Shown: positions 1-17,598, numbered from the stretch's first letter. The stretch: 64,000 nucleotides of DNA from the human T2T-CHM13v2.0 reference genome, Homo sapiens (GCF_009914755.1 NC_060932.1), one strand, 5' to 3'. The notes: generated by a model from the letters alone, not told the origin. Translations and numbers: made by a program.

Positions 1-625
1 CCTGCCCCTAAGGCTCTCCTGCCCATCTCCTCTCTCCCCACCCCCACTTGGTTCCCACGCATTCTTCAGCCATGACATCCTCACTCCAGGAGCTCAGCAG
101 CCAGGGCCATGCCCTGCCCTGCCTTGCACTTGCTCTGCCCTGGTTCTACACTGGCCCTGGACCCGCAGGCCAGCACAGTTCTGTGGCCTCTGCACCAGGG
201 TTTCACTCAAGGAGGAGTGGGGGCAGAGAGTGTGGGTGAGCCAGCGTTCCCTGAGGAGGTCTAGAGCTGACTTTGAGCTTACGGGTTGTGTTGGGATAAT
301 ATTAAAGTGGCTGGTGGGTGCGTACCGTGTTGCATGCTCTGTGCTGGGGGTTCGTGTATATGTCTTATTTCATGCAGTAATCCTAGGAGACAGATTCTGT
401 TATGTAGGAGAACACTGAGGCTTAGAAGAGTTTACATGACTTGTCAGCTAATAGTAGCCAACCTGGATTCCAAGACAGGTCTGTCTGACTCCAAAGACCT
501 TGCCCTTTGCTCTATGTCCAAAGGTGAGTCTAAATGTCCAGCCACACCTGTATGCGGTGATGCCTGTGGGTTTGGGTGTGGGAGCCTGCAGGTACAATGC
601 CTGTGAAAGGTATAATATGTGTGTA

Positions 626-943
<318 letters not shown>

Positions 944-2556
944 CTACGTGAACTTTGGTGAGTATGAACCCACTGCTTCTTCCTTGGAGTGTACCTCCCA
1001 TCCCATGTCCTTGTTAAGGCCACTCTTGCATGTCACCTGGGAAGCATCTTCTGTTGCCGTCCCATCAGTTGCTGAGCCAAGGCCACCTGCCGAGGATGGC
1101 GATTTAAGTAAGAGTAGCTTTCTCATGGGTTGGAAGAGATTTGGGGTCACTTACTGGCTGGTGACCTTGAGTGAGTTATCGCCCTTCATAGGCTCAAGTG
1201 TTCTGATGTCTAAAGTCAGGGAGGTGGGCTGGAACCTAAACCTAGCCACTTAGGTTATCTCTCTCTGAGAGTTTCTAATGCTCTGCAAGAGCATGGTGTG
1301 GAGTGTGGCTTACTGGGCATGTTGTGGGCAGGCCAGGATTAAATTAATTAATGGGAAAGCACTTTGCCAATTGGAAAGCACCACAAAAATTTCAACATTT
1401 ACATAAGGTGTCATTATCACGACTATTATTTGCTTAATGGGTCCAGAGCTTGCAGCTGGTTTGTGTATGTTGGAGCTTGTGCATGTGTGTTTTTTAAAAA
1501 CCGTGTGTGACTGTGTGTGTATTTTGTTGTGGATGTGTCCGTCTGAGTATCTATTTTTGTATATATGTATTTACAGTAGGGGTTCTAGAGAGTGCAGTGG
1601 TTGCTGCACTGGGAATGGGGAGGCCTGAGTTATACGTCCAGTTTTCCAGTGACTAGCAGTGTAGGTTCAGTTAAGTTGTTGCTTTTGGGACCTCAGTTTC
1701 CTCATCTATAAAATGGAAGTTTGGCCTCGATGACTGCCACAGTCACTCCCACATTCTGTTGATCCTGTCTAGGTGAGGGTGTGTCTCTGGGCATGTATTT
1801 GCAAGCCAGAAGAATATCAGCGTGGCAATTCATTCATTCGAACATCCCGGAGTGCCTCCCGCCTGAAAGTGCAGTGCTGGCTGCTGCTTTCATGCGCAAG
1901 GATGTGTGTCCCTGGCTTTGATGGCTCTGCACTGGATGGCAAGGGTGTGGACGCCACCATATGTCTGTAGGAACACTAACCTTGGGTGTCTGATTCTGTA
2001 TGTGATGAAGTCAGTGTGTGTGTGTGTTCACCAGTGAGGCCAACTGGGGAGGAGAAACCTGTGTAGAAGTCTTCAAGGTTAAAACAATTTGTGTAACGCG
2101 ACCGCCAGGCCTGTATAGCACTCTGCCTGGATGAGAAGCAGATGTTGCTGTGGGTGGAGCTGCAGGGAAGCTGCTGTGGGTCCCACCTGTAGCCCAGCCT
2201 CCCACTTCCCCCAGCCCAGCCCAGCTCAGCATGCAGCTCCCATCTGAGCGCCTTACAAAGCGGCCAGTTCTATGGCCTCTGCTTCCTTTTCTCCAGACTT
2301 CTCAAAAGGAAGACAGACAGTTCAGCCGGGTCTCTGGAAACATCCCTCCTCAGCTCCAGATACTGGAATCGGAATGGCCCTTTAGGGAGGCTCTCTTCCC
2401 CTCTGGCCTTTCTGCTTGGGCAGCCTAAGACTTGGAATAGGAATTACTTGAGAACTGTTAAACTTTTTCCTCCTAGCTGGGAAGCTCCCAGAAGGTATCT
2501 TCGTTTCCCAAAGATGCTTATCTGTTCTAATGAAAAATGGTACAATTTTATTTCCT

Positions 2557-2866
2557 CTTTTTTTTTTTTTTTTTTTTTTTGAGACAGGGTCTCACTCTGT
2601 TGCCCAGGCTGGATTGCAGTGGCATCATCTCAGCTCACTGCAGCCTTGACCTCCTGGGTTCAATTGATCCACCTGCCTCAGCCTCCTGAGTGAGTAGCTG
2701 GAACTACAGGCATGCATCACCATGTCTGGCTAATTTTTGTATTTTTTATAGAGACGGGGTTTCACCATGTTGCCCAGGCTGATCTTGAACTCCTGAGCTT
2801 AAGTGATCCACCCACCTCGACCTCCCAAAGTGTTGGGATTACAGGTGTGAGCCACTGCACCTGGCT
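2557..2866 (-). mobile_element. Alu
   Basis: polyT followed by gagacagggtctcactctg... Confidence 0.9.
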
Positions 2867-3502
2867 TATTTTATCTCATAGACACCCCCTTAGTTAAATT
2901 GAAACAGCATTTGCTGAGTGACCACCACATGCTCAGCACACCCTGTTTTATTTTCTTCATAGCTCCCATTGCTATCTGGAAGACCCTAGGTCAGTATTTA
3001 TTTACTTGCATATTATGGAAGGTTAGCTCCACCGAAGCAGGGGCCTCTTCTGTCTTGCTAATAACTAGGGTATTGTCTGGACCACAGTAGTATGTTAACT
3101 AAGTATTTGCTGAAGAATGATGGCTCTGTGGCTCACACCTGTATTCCCAGCCACTGGAGAGGCTGAGGAGGCTGGAGGATCACTTGAAGCCAGGATTTTG
3201 AGACCAGCCTGGGCAACATAGCAAGACCCTGCTAATTTTAAATAATTAGCTGGGCACAGTGGTGAGACCCTATCTGCCCCACACTCCCCAAAGAATGATG
3301 AGCTAACAGACTGGTAGGGGCTGAGCATCAGCTTTACTGGGATTTTAACTGAAAAGTAAGCATGAGCTTCCCAAGAAATTCTATAAGCTGATCCCTAACT
3401 GCCCTTCTCCTTCTCGTTCAGATGGCATTTGAGGATCACAGTCGCTGTGGAGGTTGGGGGCTGGTGCCCACAGGGTTGGGGCTAGAAGCACGGTGCACCT
3501 AG

Positions 3503-3697
<195 letters not shown>

Positions 3698-4490
3698 TAG
3701 AAATGGGTTCCAGGCTTAGGGAAACAAGGAATCTCCCTGTTCCCAGCCAGGCCCTCCCAGGACAGAGGCCATGAGTTTGACCCCAGCACATGGGTCTATC
3801 TTCCCTCGGGATATCTTCATCCCTTCCCCAGAGGAGTAGTAAATATAGATATCCCCAGCAACTAAGAACTGACATTCTTTTTGTTTACAGTTTAAAAACC
3901 ACTTTCAAAAGTATTGTCTAGCCTGACTGTCCCCAACCACCTTTAAAGGTGGTGTCAGGACAACTCCTGTTTTACAAGTACAGAAACTAAGATTCACAGA
4001 GGTAAAGTGACCTGCCCAGGATCACACAACTAGTGAGTGGCAGAGCTGGGACTGGAACTCAAGCTTTCTCACTCCAGACCTGAGACTCTGCCCAACACTG
4101 CAATCCCTCCTGGGCTCTCTGTTCCCACTTTGCAAATTTCTGTGCATCCTCTGAGGCCCATTTCAGGAGCTTCTCCTATTCTTCTTTCCCAGTTGCCCCC
4201 GAAACATGACTGTCCCTTCATTTTCCCTGTTTTCTCCCTCCTCTGTGATCACACTGTTACCCTGTCATTTATCACACCATATTGAAAGGATTTGCTCCTA
4301 TGTCTCCCTAGCTCTTTAAGGTCAGGGATGCTTTCTTCTTATCCTTGATTGTGGTCCAAACTCCTAAAAACCCATGTGGTACTTGTGCATGGATACAGGA
4401 ATGGGAGGGATGAGGGCCTGGGCTGTGTCTGTTCTTTCCAGTCCCTTACTGCTCTGTAGAAGGGTGAAAGCTCCTCACTGCCAGTGCTGA

Positions 4491-5018
<528 letters not shown>

Positions 5019-5369
5019 TGACCTGGTGGCCTGCTAACAAGTAAGGCTCATGTGACCTTAGTGGGGACTAGTAGGTATGGCACAACGGAAAGCTGCATGG
5101 AGGGGTCCCCTGCTAACCCACCAGGTGACTTTGGCCAAACCTTTGGCCTTAGTTTCCTCATCTGTCAAATACAATACGACACTTGTCCACATGCCTTAGA
5201 GCTCCTATGTCAAATGCAAACATGAATTTGGGAAATCAAAAGAAGGCATAGAGTTCTGAATGCTCCACAAATGTCAAGGTTTATTCAATGAGAAGGGATA
5301 TTTTCCTAATCTCAGATCCCCACAATTCCTAGAAAATGAGTACACCTTTGTTCTCTTTTACGATTATTG

Positions 5370-6032
5370 TCAATTCTTGCTATTTATGGAAGTTATAGAA
5401 TAACTTTATAGTTACTCTGTACAGTCACTGAAAACATTAGCAAATACTGACCCATTGCTCCTAGGGAAAATACAGGGTCAGGTTCCTTCAAGCCTCTGGT
5501 CACAACATTTTTGTCAACTGATCAGTGCATCACCTTGTTTTATGAGTGTTTCTTTTTAAAGACACCTTACTTAATATGGAGCTGATTCATTAACATTGAA
5601 CTCATGACCAACAGCACTCTAACTCATGCCTCGAAGAAGCTTACCTAGCACACGTATGTTCTCTGTGAGGCATATCACAGCCTTCTTGCCCTTGGGAACA
5701 CCAGAGAGCACTTCAGCATTATGCTCAGGGGCTGTTTTAAACAGCGAAACCCTCAACAAAGCGCACAAAAACACAAAAAACAGGGCACTTTAACTAGACC
5801 TCAAAAAGGACACTTGGTTACACAATGAGAGCCGAAAGCAGAAAGCGGAGCGTTGCCTTATTCCACCTCAGCTGGGAACATGCATGTTGGGTGACTGAAA
5901 TTTTTCACTGCTCTGCAAATGTCCACAAATGACCGTGAAAGCCCTGAGAGTATTGATTTTGGGGACTACGAATAAATTTTAGCCAGTAGACAAATTTGCA
6001 AGCACAGAATCCATGAAAAATGAGGTTTGACT
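5370..6032 (-). mobile_element. TcMar-Tigger DNA transposon relic, MER82-like
   Basis: Colinear similarity, by recollection, to the MER82 consensus (ccattgctcctagggaaaatacaggg...cagaatccatgaaaaatgagg). Confidence 0.75.
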
Positions 6033-6092
6033 ATGCTTTTGCTTTCCTCCTCTTTCTCTCCACTCACTAGTCACCATGACTTCCTCTCTCAG

Positions 6093-6263
6093 TTCCAGGA
6101 AACACTTCTACCCCCAGCTGCCAGAGCACCAACGGGCAGCCTCAGAGGGGAGCCTGTGGGAGATGGAGAGGTAGATCCCGTAGCCGGCGGGCGGCGACGT
6201 CCCGACCAGAGCGTGTGTGGCCCGATGGGGTCATCCCCTTTGTCATTGGGGGAAACTTCACTG
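6093..6263 (+). CDS. BMP1: BMP1 exon 3 (end of prodomain, furin site RSRSRR|[10 protein letters not shown], start of protease domain)
   Basis: ctctctcag|TTCCAG; ACTG|gtgagc; 171 nt; RSRSRR at 6173-6190. Confidence 0.97.
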
Positions 6264-6430
6264 GTGAGCGTGCTATTGTGGGTCCCAGAGTGTAACCAGC
6301 TTCCGGGCCTGGCCTTGTGGCAGCCCTGCCAGGCACGGAGGCGTGGGTGCCACCTGCAGCCCGAGTGCCCACACATTCCTTTCCAGGCAGTCTGCCCTCA
6401 GAATGGCTGTGACTCTTCAGTGGTGGGTAG

Positions 6431-7226
<796 letters not shown>

Positions 7227-7516
7227 TGAGCCAGCCCCTGCCCTTGAGGCATTTCCTCCTCCGTGTCAGATCAAGGACCCGCATCCATTGTGGAGCTCCT
7301 CTGGGAGGCTGGGCCAGGTCCTGGTCCTGGACAGCGGTAGCCCGGGCAGCCTCTAGGGTGGGGCATGGGCATAGTGGGCCGTCCTGGGGACTGCTCAGGC
7401 CTTTCTCCCCACCTTTGCCCACTATCTGCCCTCTGCCTGGTCTGCCCTCCGAGGGCTTTTCTCTCATTTTCTCGATGTCTCTGTCCCTCCCTTCCCGCCT
7501 CCTCCCTCTCTCCCAG

Positions 7517-7682
7517 GCGTTCTCCACTCTTCACTGCTCCTTCTCAGCTGTGGCTCTAGAAATGGTGCTTCCTTCCCATGTTCCCTTGAGTCCTCCATTC
7601 ACCAGGCCCTCTGCTGGACAGGACTCTTCCTGAGACCCTCCCCATTCCCCAGGCTCCCCTTGGCTGCTCCCCGGACCCTCAG
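7517..7682 (+). CDS. BMP1: BMP1 alternative cassette exon in intron 5 (frameshifting; tail VLHSSLLLLSCGSRNG...PRTLRAGV*)
   Basis: Long pyrimidine tract with tcccag|GCG acceptor, CTCAG|gtaggg donor; 166 nt; stop TAA at 7812-7814 in exon 6. The peptide matches my recollection of the annotated BMP1-4 tail. Confidence 0.75.
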
Positions 7683-7801
7683 GTAGGGGGACTCTCTCAG
7701 ATACAGGAAGGACTCCATTCCCTGCCCTGGAAAGTGAGCGTTGCATCCCAGGCAGACCCACCCCCTCCTCTCCCCCCACACCCTTTTCCTGATCTTGGCA
7801 G

Positions 7802-7907
7802 GGCAGGAGTATAACTTCCTGAAGATGGAGCCTCAGGAGGTGGAGTCCCTGGGGGAGACCTATGACTTCGACAGCATCATGCATTACGCTCGGAACACAT
7901 TCTCCAG
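7802..7907 (+). CDS. BMP1: BMP1 exon 6 ([10 protein letters not shown]...; Met-turn SIMHY)
   Basis: ttggcag|GGCAGG; CCAG|gtggga; 106 nt. Confidence 0.97.
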
Positions 7908-8254
7908 GTGGGAGACGGGATTGGGGCTGGGCCTCTGCTCGGGCAGCCCCACCCTGCCCTCTGTAGGCTATTCTCCTCCTGCCTCCCACTTCTGGGGCAG
8001 TGACCCAGGAAAAGAGTGGCCCTCTGGGGGGCTGTGGCCTCCAAGCAGAGGGTCCGTGGATGTTGCCTGCCCTCCTGTCCTCTTCCACGGGTGGGTCTGT
8101 GGCAGGGCCTTACCACCGTGTGCACCCAGGGCACCTGGCGGAGGAGGCTGAACCCAGCCACTCTGCAAGCCCAGCAGTGTGGGGTAGCCCCAAACTATCA
8201 GCCCAAAGGGTGCTGAGCTTTTATTTGTGGGCCATTTGTTTGTTTTTGTTTTTG

Positions 8255-8526
8255 TTTGAGACAGGATCTTGCTCTGTCACCTAGGCTGGAGTGCAGTGGC
8301 ACAGTCATGGCTCACTGCAGCCTCAAACTCCTAGGCTCAAGGAATCGTCCCGTCTCAGCCTACTGAGTAGCTAGGATGACAGGCACACGCCACCGTGCCT
8401 TTTTTTTTAGAGATGGGGTCTCACTATATTGCCCAGGCTGGTCTCGAACTCCTGGGCTGAAGGGATCCTCCCACCTCGGCCTCCCAAAACGCTGAGATTA
8501 CAGGCGCGAGCCACCAATGCCCAGCC
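8255..8526 (-). mobile_element. Alu (AluJ-like)
   Basis: Diverged Alu consensus. Confidence 0.88.
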
Positions 8527-9541
8527 ATTCCTTTTTAATTAGTCTGCTTTTTTTGTAATTGGCCAGTTTGCACGAAGCCTGACCCCTGCCCTGGACTAGC
8601 CCCCATGCCCAGCTCCGAAGCACATCCTCCTTATCTGAGGCCCAGGTCCCCAGAAGCCACAACCAGAGCCCTCAAAGGTGGTGGCCCAGCCTCCCCTCCC
8701 CCAAGATTCTCCTTAGCAGTGTGGGAAATGGCACCTCCCTCCTCCTCAAACTCCTTCCTGGCCTGGCCATTCCCAGGCCTGGTGCTTTGCTCATCCTCTG
8801 TCTGTGTCCCAGACAGTGGCCCTGCCCCCTCTTCTCAGTGCTTCTACCCGATCTGCTCTTCCTGCCTGCAGACCTGCAGGAACAGAGACCAAGGAAGGGT
8901 GGTGAGGTCATTCTGCCCCCCACACCCACAGACCCGGCCTTACATTTCCCACCACATCCCACCCCACCCCCTGCTGCGATCCACCCAGCTGGGTGTGAGT
9001 CAGGGGCCCTGGGGAGGTGGAGGGCTGCCTGCCTCCCCTTCACTCTGCTCCTCCCAGTGCAAACACCCAGGATTCAGCAGGGAGGAATGGCCAGGACAGG
9101 AGACACTGATAGATTGGGAGCTGGTGGGGCTGTCCCCGGGGCTTGGTCTGGCTGCAGTGGAATCTGCCTTTGGCCTTGTTCCAGGTGCTTTCAGATGCAG
9201 CCTGTGCCAGCAGGGTGAGGAGCTGGCCTGGGGAGTCCTGGGAGAAGTTTAGTTAGGGCTGGAGCAGCATGAGGGGCTGCAGAAGCAGGGGCCCAGTGGG
9301 GCTGGAGAGAGATGACCCGCTAGGGGCCTGTAGCTTTCCTGGGGCTGGGAGTTGTGGCCAGCCTGAGCTGGGAGCACCAGTGGGTCCAAGGGCACCCTGG
9401 ACCTGCATCCCTGACCTCCCAAAGTGTTCCTGGGGCTCCCCCGACTCCTGTGGTGTGGCTGCCACGGAGCAGGGTGGCTGCTGGTCAGTGGGTAGCATAA
9501 TGACAGGGTGAGACGACTCCACCCGGCCCTGACCCTGCTGA

Positions 9542-9823
<282 letters not shown>

Positions 9824-10175
9824 TGAGGGAGGCAGAGGCCAGGTGCCTGGTGCCACCAAGAAGGCTTAGGCTGCAAGTCTTAGAGAATGGTGTGGCGGGG
9901 GAGGGGACCCCATAGGAGGGGCAGTGTCCAAGTGAAGGAGGCCGCTGGGGGTAGGCTCAGGTGGGTGGTCAGAAGCCGAGCCGCCACCTTCTGAGGGTCT
10001 GTAGGGGCGGAAGTGGGGAGAACAGCAATCCTAGGAGAGGGAGGTGGCACGGAGCCCCACCAAGGGAGCTTGACCTTAGCTCTGGAACCCATATTGCCTT
10101 CACAAACAGGGCAGCACTGGGCTGGGAGGTAGGATGGCGTGTGCTATATGTGAGGTAGGGGGGTGGATCTTATAG

Positions 10176-10568
<393 letters not shown>

Positions 10569-11446
10569 TGATGGAGCACGGCTGTAGGAAGGGGCTCCTG
10601 GCATTCACCGCCTTCCCTGGCATCTCCCAATAATTATAAATTAGTGTTAATTTGCACATAGCACTTGCTGTGTAGGTCTATTTTGATTATCTAGTTCTTC
10701 TTGGGTGATTTTCCTACATCACCTCTTTTAGTTTTTACGGCTACCTCCACCTTTATTTTACAGATGAGGAAACTGAGGCACAGGGTGGTTAAGTAACTTG
10801 CCCAAGGTCACACAGCTAACAAGGACTGAGGTGGGACTGGAGCTCTTCTCAGGTCTGGGTTCCCTTGGATGAACTGCTCAGCCTGACGCTCAGCTCTCAT
10901 CCGTCTCATCAGGGCTTGGGCCAGGGGCTCCTGAAGGGCTCTTCCCGATTCTGACAGGCTCTAGTCCTGGGAACAATTAAGGAATGATGCAGGCGCCTCC
11001 AGCAGGATGCTGCCTGGTGGGTCTCTCCTTCTCACCCATCCTTCCCCTTGCTCAGGCCAGGACCCTCCAGTCTTTGCTCTGTGGGCCTGATTTTCTGTGC
11101 CTGGCTCTCCACTGGCACTCTATTTCTCCTCCCTCTACCTGTCACCTGCTATATCAGTTCTGATCCATAGAGAAAGCTCAGCTCCACCTTCTGTCTTACC
11201 TTGTGGGGAAGTACCCAGTTCTCATACTTGCTGCCACGTGGGGCTGGCTTCGGGCATACTACGGGATCGGGTCAGAGCTGTCTCCATCTTCACAGTCTAG
11301 CTCGGATGTGACCTCCTTCAGGAAGCCTTCCCTGCTCGTTACTAATTGGTGGCAAGTAGGGTGGACACCGAGTGTGGGGAGGGCCCCCGAGCCTGTCCGG
11401 TCAGGTTTCCCACTGCATGGTTGATTAGCCCTGTTTGAATACCTAA

Positions 11447-11817
<371 letters not shown>

Positions 11818-13085
11818 TAATGTTACAACGTCTCTTCTTCTCCCTTAAGCCCCCCAGTTGCTCCAGTACTTTCCTCAAGAGCAATGCAGGATAACTCACT
11901 CCCTCTTTCCCATGTCAGCCCTCCTAATGTGGGGAGGCTACTCCCATCACTTCTTAGATCCATTCCCGGTCTTTTCACACAGACTCTGGACCTCCGCACC
12001 AACCCCAGACCTTCTGTGTCCATATTTTTATTGCTCCCAAGCTACAAGACTTTATTTTCCTTGATTGGGGCATGGTTCTTAATGTCATAGTGCAGCGTTG
12101 AGCTGGATTCAATTCTATTATTGATTGCATTGTTCATTTCGACATCTCAAGATCATTTTGAATCAGAATTTCACCATCCATCAGGTAGCCCTCCTCTTAC
12201 CTCTGCCATGAGCTCCTTTGATAAGCATGACTTCTAGGTCTTCGTCCTGGCCTTTGATCAAAACATAGAACAGCACACAAACCAAAGAAGAACCAAGATT
12301 TCCCTCCAAATTGGCATTAATCTTTTAATCTAGGCTTTGAGCAGAGTTATTACACCAGTTATGATGCCACTTAAGGTCATTACTATCCAGCCACAGGTGA
12401 CCACCAGTTGACCGGGATGTACGCTCCTTCTGAGACCATACCTTGGTCATCTTTCTGTCGTTGGCCCAGGAAGTGTTTCATAAATGCTGAATACGTAAGA
12501 TGCAATGCCTTACCAAATTAAATCTACTGTTCCACCCGTTGACAAAACCCCTTTTAAAAGGAAGACAAATGTGTTCGACCTGCCTTGTTTTCAGTGAACC
12601 CAAACTGGCTCCTAGTAATCAAGTGTTTCTTTTCTAAATGGTCACAGACCATCTGTTTCACTGGGGATTGACGTTTGGCCCAGTGGTTTGCAATTCCCAG
12701 AATCCGCTCCTTACTCTCCTCCCAGCACACACACCCCTTTGAAGATTGGGAAAGCTTTTACTCTGAGTCCTGCAGATTACACATGCTAATCACATCTGCA
12801 AATTATTTGAGTGTCTCCTCTGATTTAATTGATGAGCTTGGAGACAAAAACCAATGTAGAGAGGTGCTCATGGGCTCTCCTCCTTCTATGTTATTGAGCT
12901 TCTATTTCCTTTTCAAACAATGCTTATTTTCATTTGTTGTAATTTGAAGATCATTCTTACGTGGACAGATTTTTATTGAGAGTTGAGTAATTCTGGCTTC
13001 TCTCTTGGTTGATATTCTACCATCTTCCCTTAAAAGTGAACCCATTCTTCCTTGTTCTGAATCTCACTTAAAAAATGGCAGTTCT

Positions 13086-13382
<297 letters not shown>

Positions 13383-13541
13383 TTACATTCCTTTTTTGCT
13401 GTTTTCTACCAGCTATGCCTTGGCTTCCTTTGTTTCCCTCTAGAGGGTTCCCATTACTCCATCCTTGGGAAATCTCACCCACCGATAATAATAGCAATAA
13501 CTAACAATGATTGAATATTTGATTGAGCAGGTATGTGTTAA

Positions 13542-13543
<2 letters not shown>

Positions 13544-13574
<31 letters not shown>

Positions 13575-13825
13575 GAGACGTGTTTCATTCTTGTTGCCCA
13601 GGCTGGAGTGCAATGGCACGATCTCAGCTCACCGCAACCTCCTCAGCCTCCTGAGTAGCTGGGATTACAGGCATGTGCCACCACACCCGGCTAATTTTGT
13701 ATTTTTAGTAGAGACGGGTTTCTCCATGTTGGTCAGGCTGGTCTCGAACTCCCGACCTGAGGTGATTCGCCTGCCTCGGCCTCCCAGAGTGCTGGGATTA
13801 CAGACGTGAGCCGCCGCGCCTGGCC
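13544..13825 (-). mobile_element. Alu with (ATT)n microsatellite tail
   Basis: Alu consensus; attattatt run at about 13543-13574. Confidence 0.9.
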
Positions 13826-15119
13826 ATGTTAAATTCTTTATGTGTGTTATGTCCAACATTATCGTACAGCAACACTATGGGCCAGATGCTAACATTATCC
13901 CTGTTTTGGATATGAGAAACCAGGCTTGGAAAAATTTAGTAACTTCTCCAAAATTACACAAAATTGGATTATGACACAAGAGTTGGTGATTTCAATACTA
14001 TGTGTGTTCTAAAGCCCTGCTGCATTTCAACAATTACTTTAGTGCTCTTCAGCAAACCTGTGTGCCTGCTATGTGCCCAGCACTGGGTCAGCCACCAGGG
14101 ATGTACAGATGCACAAGACGGTCCCTGGCCCTGAGCAGTGGAGTCAGGTGGCACGCTACTTACCTTCCTGTCCGGGAGTTTTTGCAATCGGCTGGGGTAT
14201 GGCATTGGGCTAGGATCAGCTTCCTTCCCTGTTCTTCCTGGCTGGCCTGGGCTAGCACTAGTCTCTCTAGTGGACGCACATGGCCTTGCCCCAAAAGCAT
14301 CTCTCTCTGCCTTGGGGCTGCTCCCGCTGCAATTCCCAGAGGACTCCTGTCCTTTTTTTCAGAAGCTTGCCTGGAGCTGCAGAAAGAGAAAAGGGCTAAC
14401 TATAAAAATTCCAGATTAATCAACGCATGGTTGTAGAAGTACACGAAGTAAAAACCAGCCACAGTCCTGAATGAAATTGGAGAGTTGTAAGGGAAGCCAA
14501 GTGGCACCCTGGGGACGTGAACATTGAAAGGGCCTGCAGAGCCTGGTGTAGTAGAATACTAACAGCCTCTCTACTGTTTAACAATCAGGTACCACGGAAA
14601 GCATTAGGCACCTTACATGCCGGACCTCGCTATTCCCCATAACACTTTTACAACCTAGGTACCATTATCCCTACTGTACAGCCAAGAGAATGGAGGCTTC
14701 AAGCGCTTGAGTAAATCTACCCAAGTTTACACAGGTAGTAGTGGTGAAATTGGCATTTGGTTCTAGGACTTTCTGACTCCAAAGTCTATGGCCTTTCAAA
14801 GGTAAACCTGAAATAATGCCGCCTGCTTTAGTGGATGGACTTTGCCGTCTATTTTGGCTGTGGGGAAGTTGTTTTTCATTTGCCTCCCAATTCTCAGCTT
14901 ATTGCCAGAAATGTGAATGATAGGTAAATCTTGCCATATATAATTGATTCTGCCTGTCATGGGTATGTCAAAGTAAAAGAGCCACCTGGAAAGCCTTCTT
15001 TTTGGATCCCCCAAGTCTACACTCTTGTAATTAGCAGCTGGCGCGGAGAGGACTGACAGTGTTTCCCCAGCAACGGAGGAGAACCTTTATGAGGAGGAGA
15101 CGGTTTTAAGAAGGGAATC

Positions 15120-15440
15120 AGCCGGGTGCGGTGACTCATGCCTGTAATCCCAGCACTTTGGGAGGTCGAGGCGGGTGGATCACTTGAGGTCAGGGGTTTG
15201 AGACCAGCCTGGCCAACGTGGTGAAACCCTGTTTCTACTAAAAATACAAAAATTAGCTGGGCATGGTGGTGCATGCCTGTAGTCCCAGCTACTCAGGAGG
15301 CTGAGGCAGGAGAATCGCTCGCTCAAACCCGGGAGGTGGAGGTTGCAGTGAGCCAAGATCGTGCCACTGCATTCCAGCCTGGGCAACAGAGTAAGACTCA
15401 GTCTCAAAAAAGGAAAAAATAAAAATAAAAATAAAAAAAA
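15120..15440 (+). mobile_element. Alu
   Basis: Alu consensus; TSD aagaagggaatca. Confidence 0.9.
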
Positions 15441-15578
15441 GAAGGGAATCATGGTCAGAGGATCAAACATTTGCAGAGGAGCCAAGAAGATAAGAACTTT
15501 TGGAGCTGGCAATATCCGCCCTCATTCCCATCCCTGCCTCCTGATATGCTACGTGTTCTTCAAGGTCCAACCCAAATT

Positions 15579-16098
<520 letters not shown>

Positions 16099-16279
16099 TA
16101 ATACCTTCCCCGACTTCCACATCCCCAGCCAGGCCAAAGGGATCCCTCCCTTCTCTGCAAAGCCTGTGCTGGATCCTACCCTAAGTTCCTGCTTCTTGAA
16201 GGGTGTGGGGCTCTGAGGATGAAAATGGACACTTGTCCTTAGCACAGCTGCTGAGCAGAGTTGCTTGGCAGGCCCAGGG

Positions 16280-16770
16280 AGGCCATGTGGAGGATTGGAG
16301 GAGGGTATAACTTTAAGAGCCAGAGTGCCTGAGTTTGACTCGCAGCTGTGCCACGTACTGGCTGTGTGGTCTTGGGGAAGTTGCTTAACCTCTCTGTGCC
16401 TTTGTTTCCCCGTCTATCTATATATATATTTTTTTGAGATGGAGTCTCACTCTGTTGCCCAGGCTGGAGTGCAGTGGCATGATCTCGGCTTACTGCAACC
16501 TCTGCCTCTGGGTTCAAGCAATTTTTCTGCCTCAGCCTCCCAAGTAGCTGGGACTATAGGCACGTGCCACCATGCCTGGCTAATTTTTGTATTTTTAGTA
16601 GAGACAGGGTTTCGCCATGTTGGCCAGTCTCGTCTTGAACTCCTGACCTCAGGTGATCCTGCCTCAGCCTCCCTAAGTGCTGGGATTACAGGCGTGAGCC
16701 CCCATGCCTGGCCTGTTTCCCCAACTATAAAATGAGCCTGGCAATAGTACCTACCACAAGGGGGATACTA
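16280..16770 (+). mobile_element. MIR interrupted by an antisense Alu (16428-16713)
   Basis: MIR core gcttaacctctctgtgcc; Alu TSD tgtttcccc. Confidence 0.75.
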
Positions 16771-16949
16771 TCAAGTTTGATCTGCTAACCGTGATTCCCT
16801 TCTTAAAACCGTCTCCTCCTCATAAAGGTATGAGGATTAAACAAATTAATATACATAAAGTCCCTGGAGTAGTACCTATCATGTAGTGAGAACCCAACCA
16901 ATGTTAACTGCTGCTATCTTTCCTATATTCCTAATCTTTTAATTTTATT

Positions 16950-17598
16950 TAATTATTTTATTTTATTTTTTAGAGACAGAGTCTTACTCTGTTGCCCAGG
17001 CTGGAGTGCAGCTCACTGCAACCTCTGCATCTCGGGTTCAAGTGATTCTCATGCCTCAGCCTCCCAAGTAACCGGGACTACTGGCACGTGCCACCACACC
17101 CGGCTAATTTTTATATTTTTAATAAAGATGGGGTTTTGCCATGTTGGCCAGGCTAGTCTCAAACTCCTGACCTCAGGTGATCTGCCCGCCTGGGCCTCCC
17201 AAAGTGTTGGGATTATAGGCGTGAGCCACCACGCCCAGGCCAGCCCCTAATCTTTTATTTATTTTAATTAATTAATTAATTTATTTATTTATTTATTTTG
17301 AGATGGAGTCTCGCTCTGTTGCCCAGGCTGGAGTGCAGTGGCATGATCTCGGCTCACTGCAAGCTCCGCCTCCCGGGTTCAGCCATTCTCCTGCCTCAGC
17401 CTCCTCAGTAGCTGGGACTACAGGAGCCCGCCACCACGCCCGGCTAATTTTTTTTTTTTTTTTTTTTTTTTTGTATTTTTAGTAGAGACAGGGTTTCACC
17501 GTGTTAGCCAGCATGGTCTCGATCTCCTGACCTCATGATACGCCCACCTCAGCCTCCCAAAGTGCTGGGATTACAGGTGTGAGCCACCGTGCCCGGCC
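16950..17598 (-). mobile_element. Two tandem Alus (AluS-like, then AluY-like)
   Basis: Alu consensus; repeated target cctaatctttt. Confidence 0.9.

Noticed and set aside
12100-13070. AT-richer non-Alu stretch in intron 8 as a possible hidden gene
   Set aside because: No coherent ORF or exon chain; looks like a very old LINE (CR1/L3-like) relic, family uncertain
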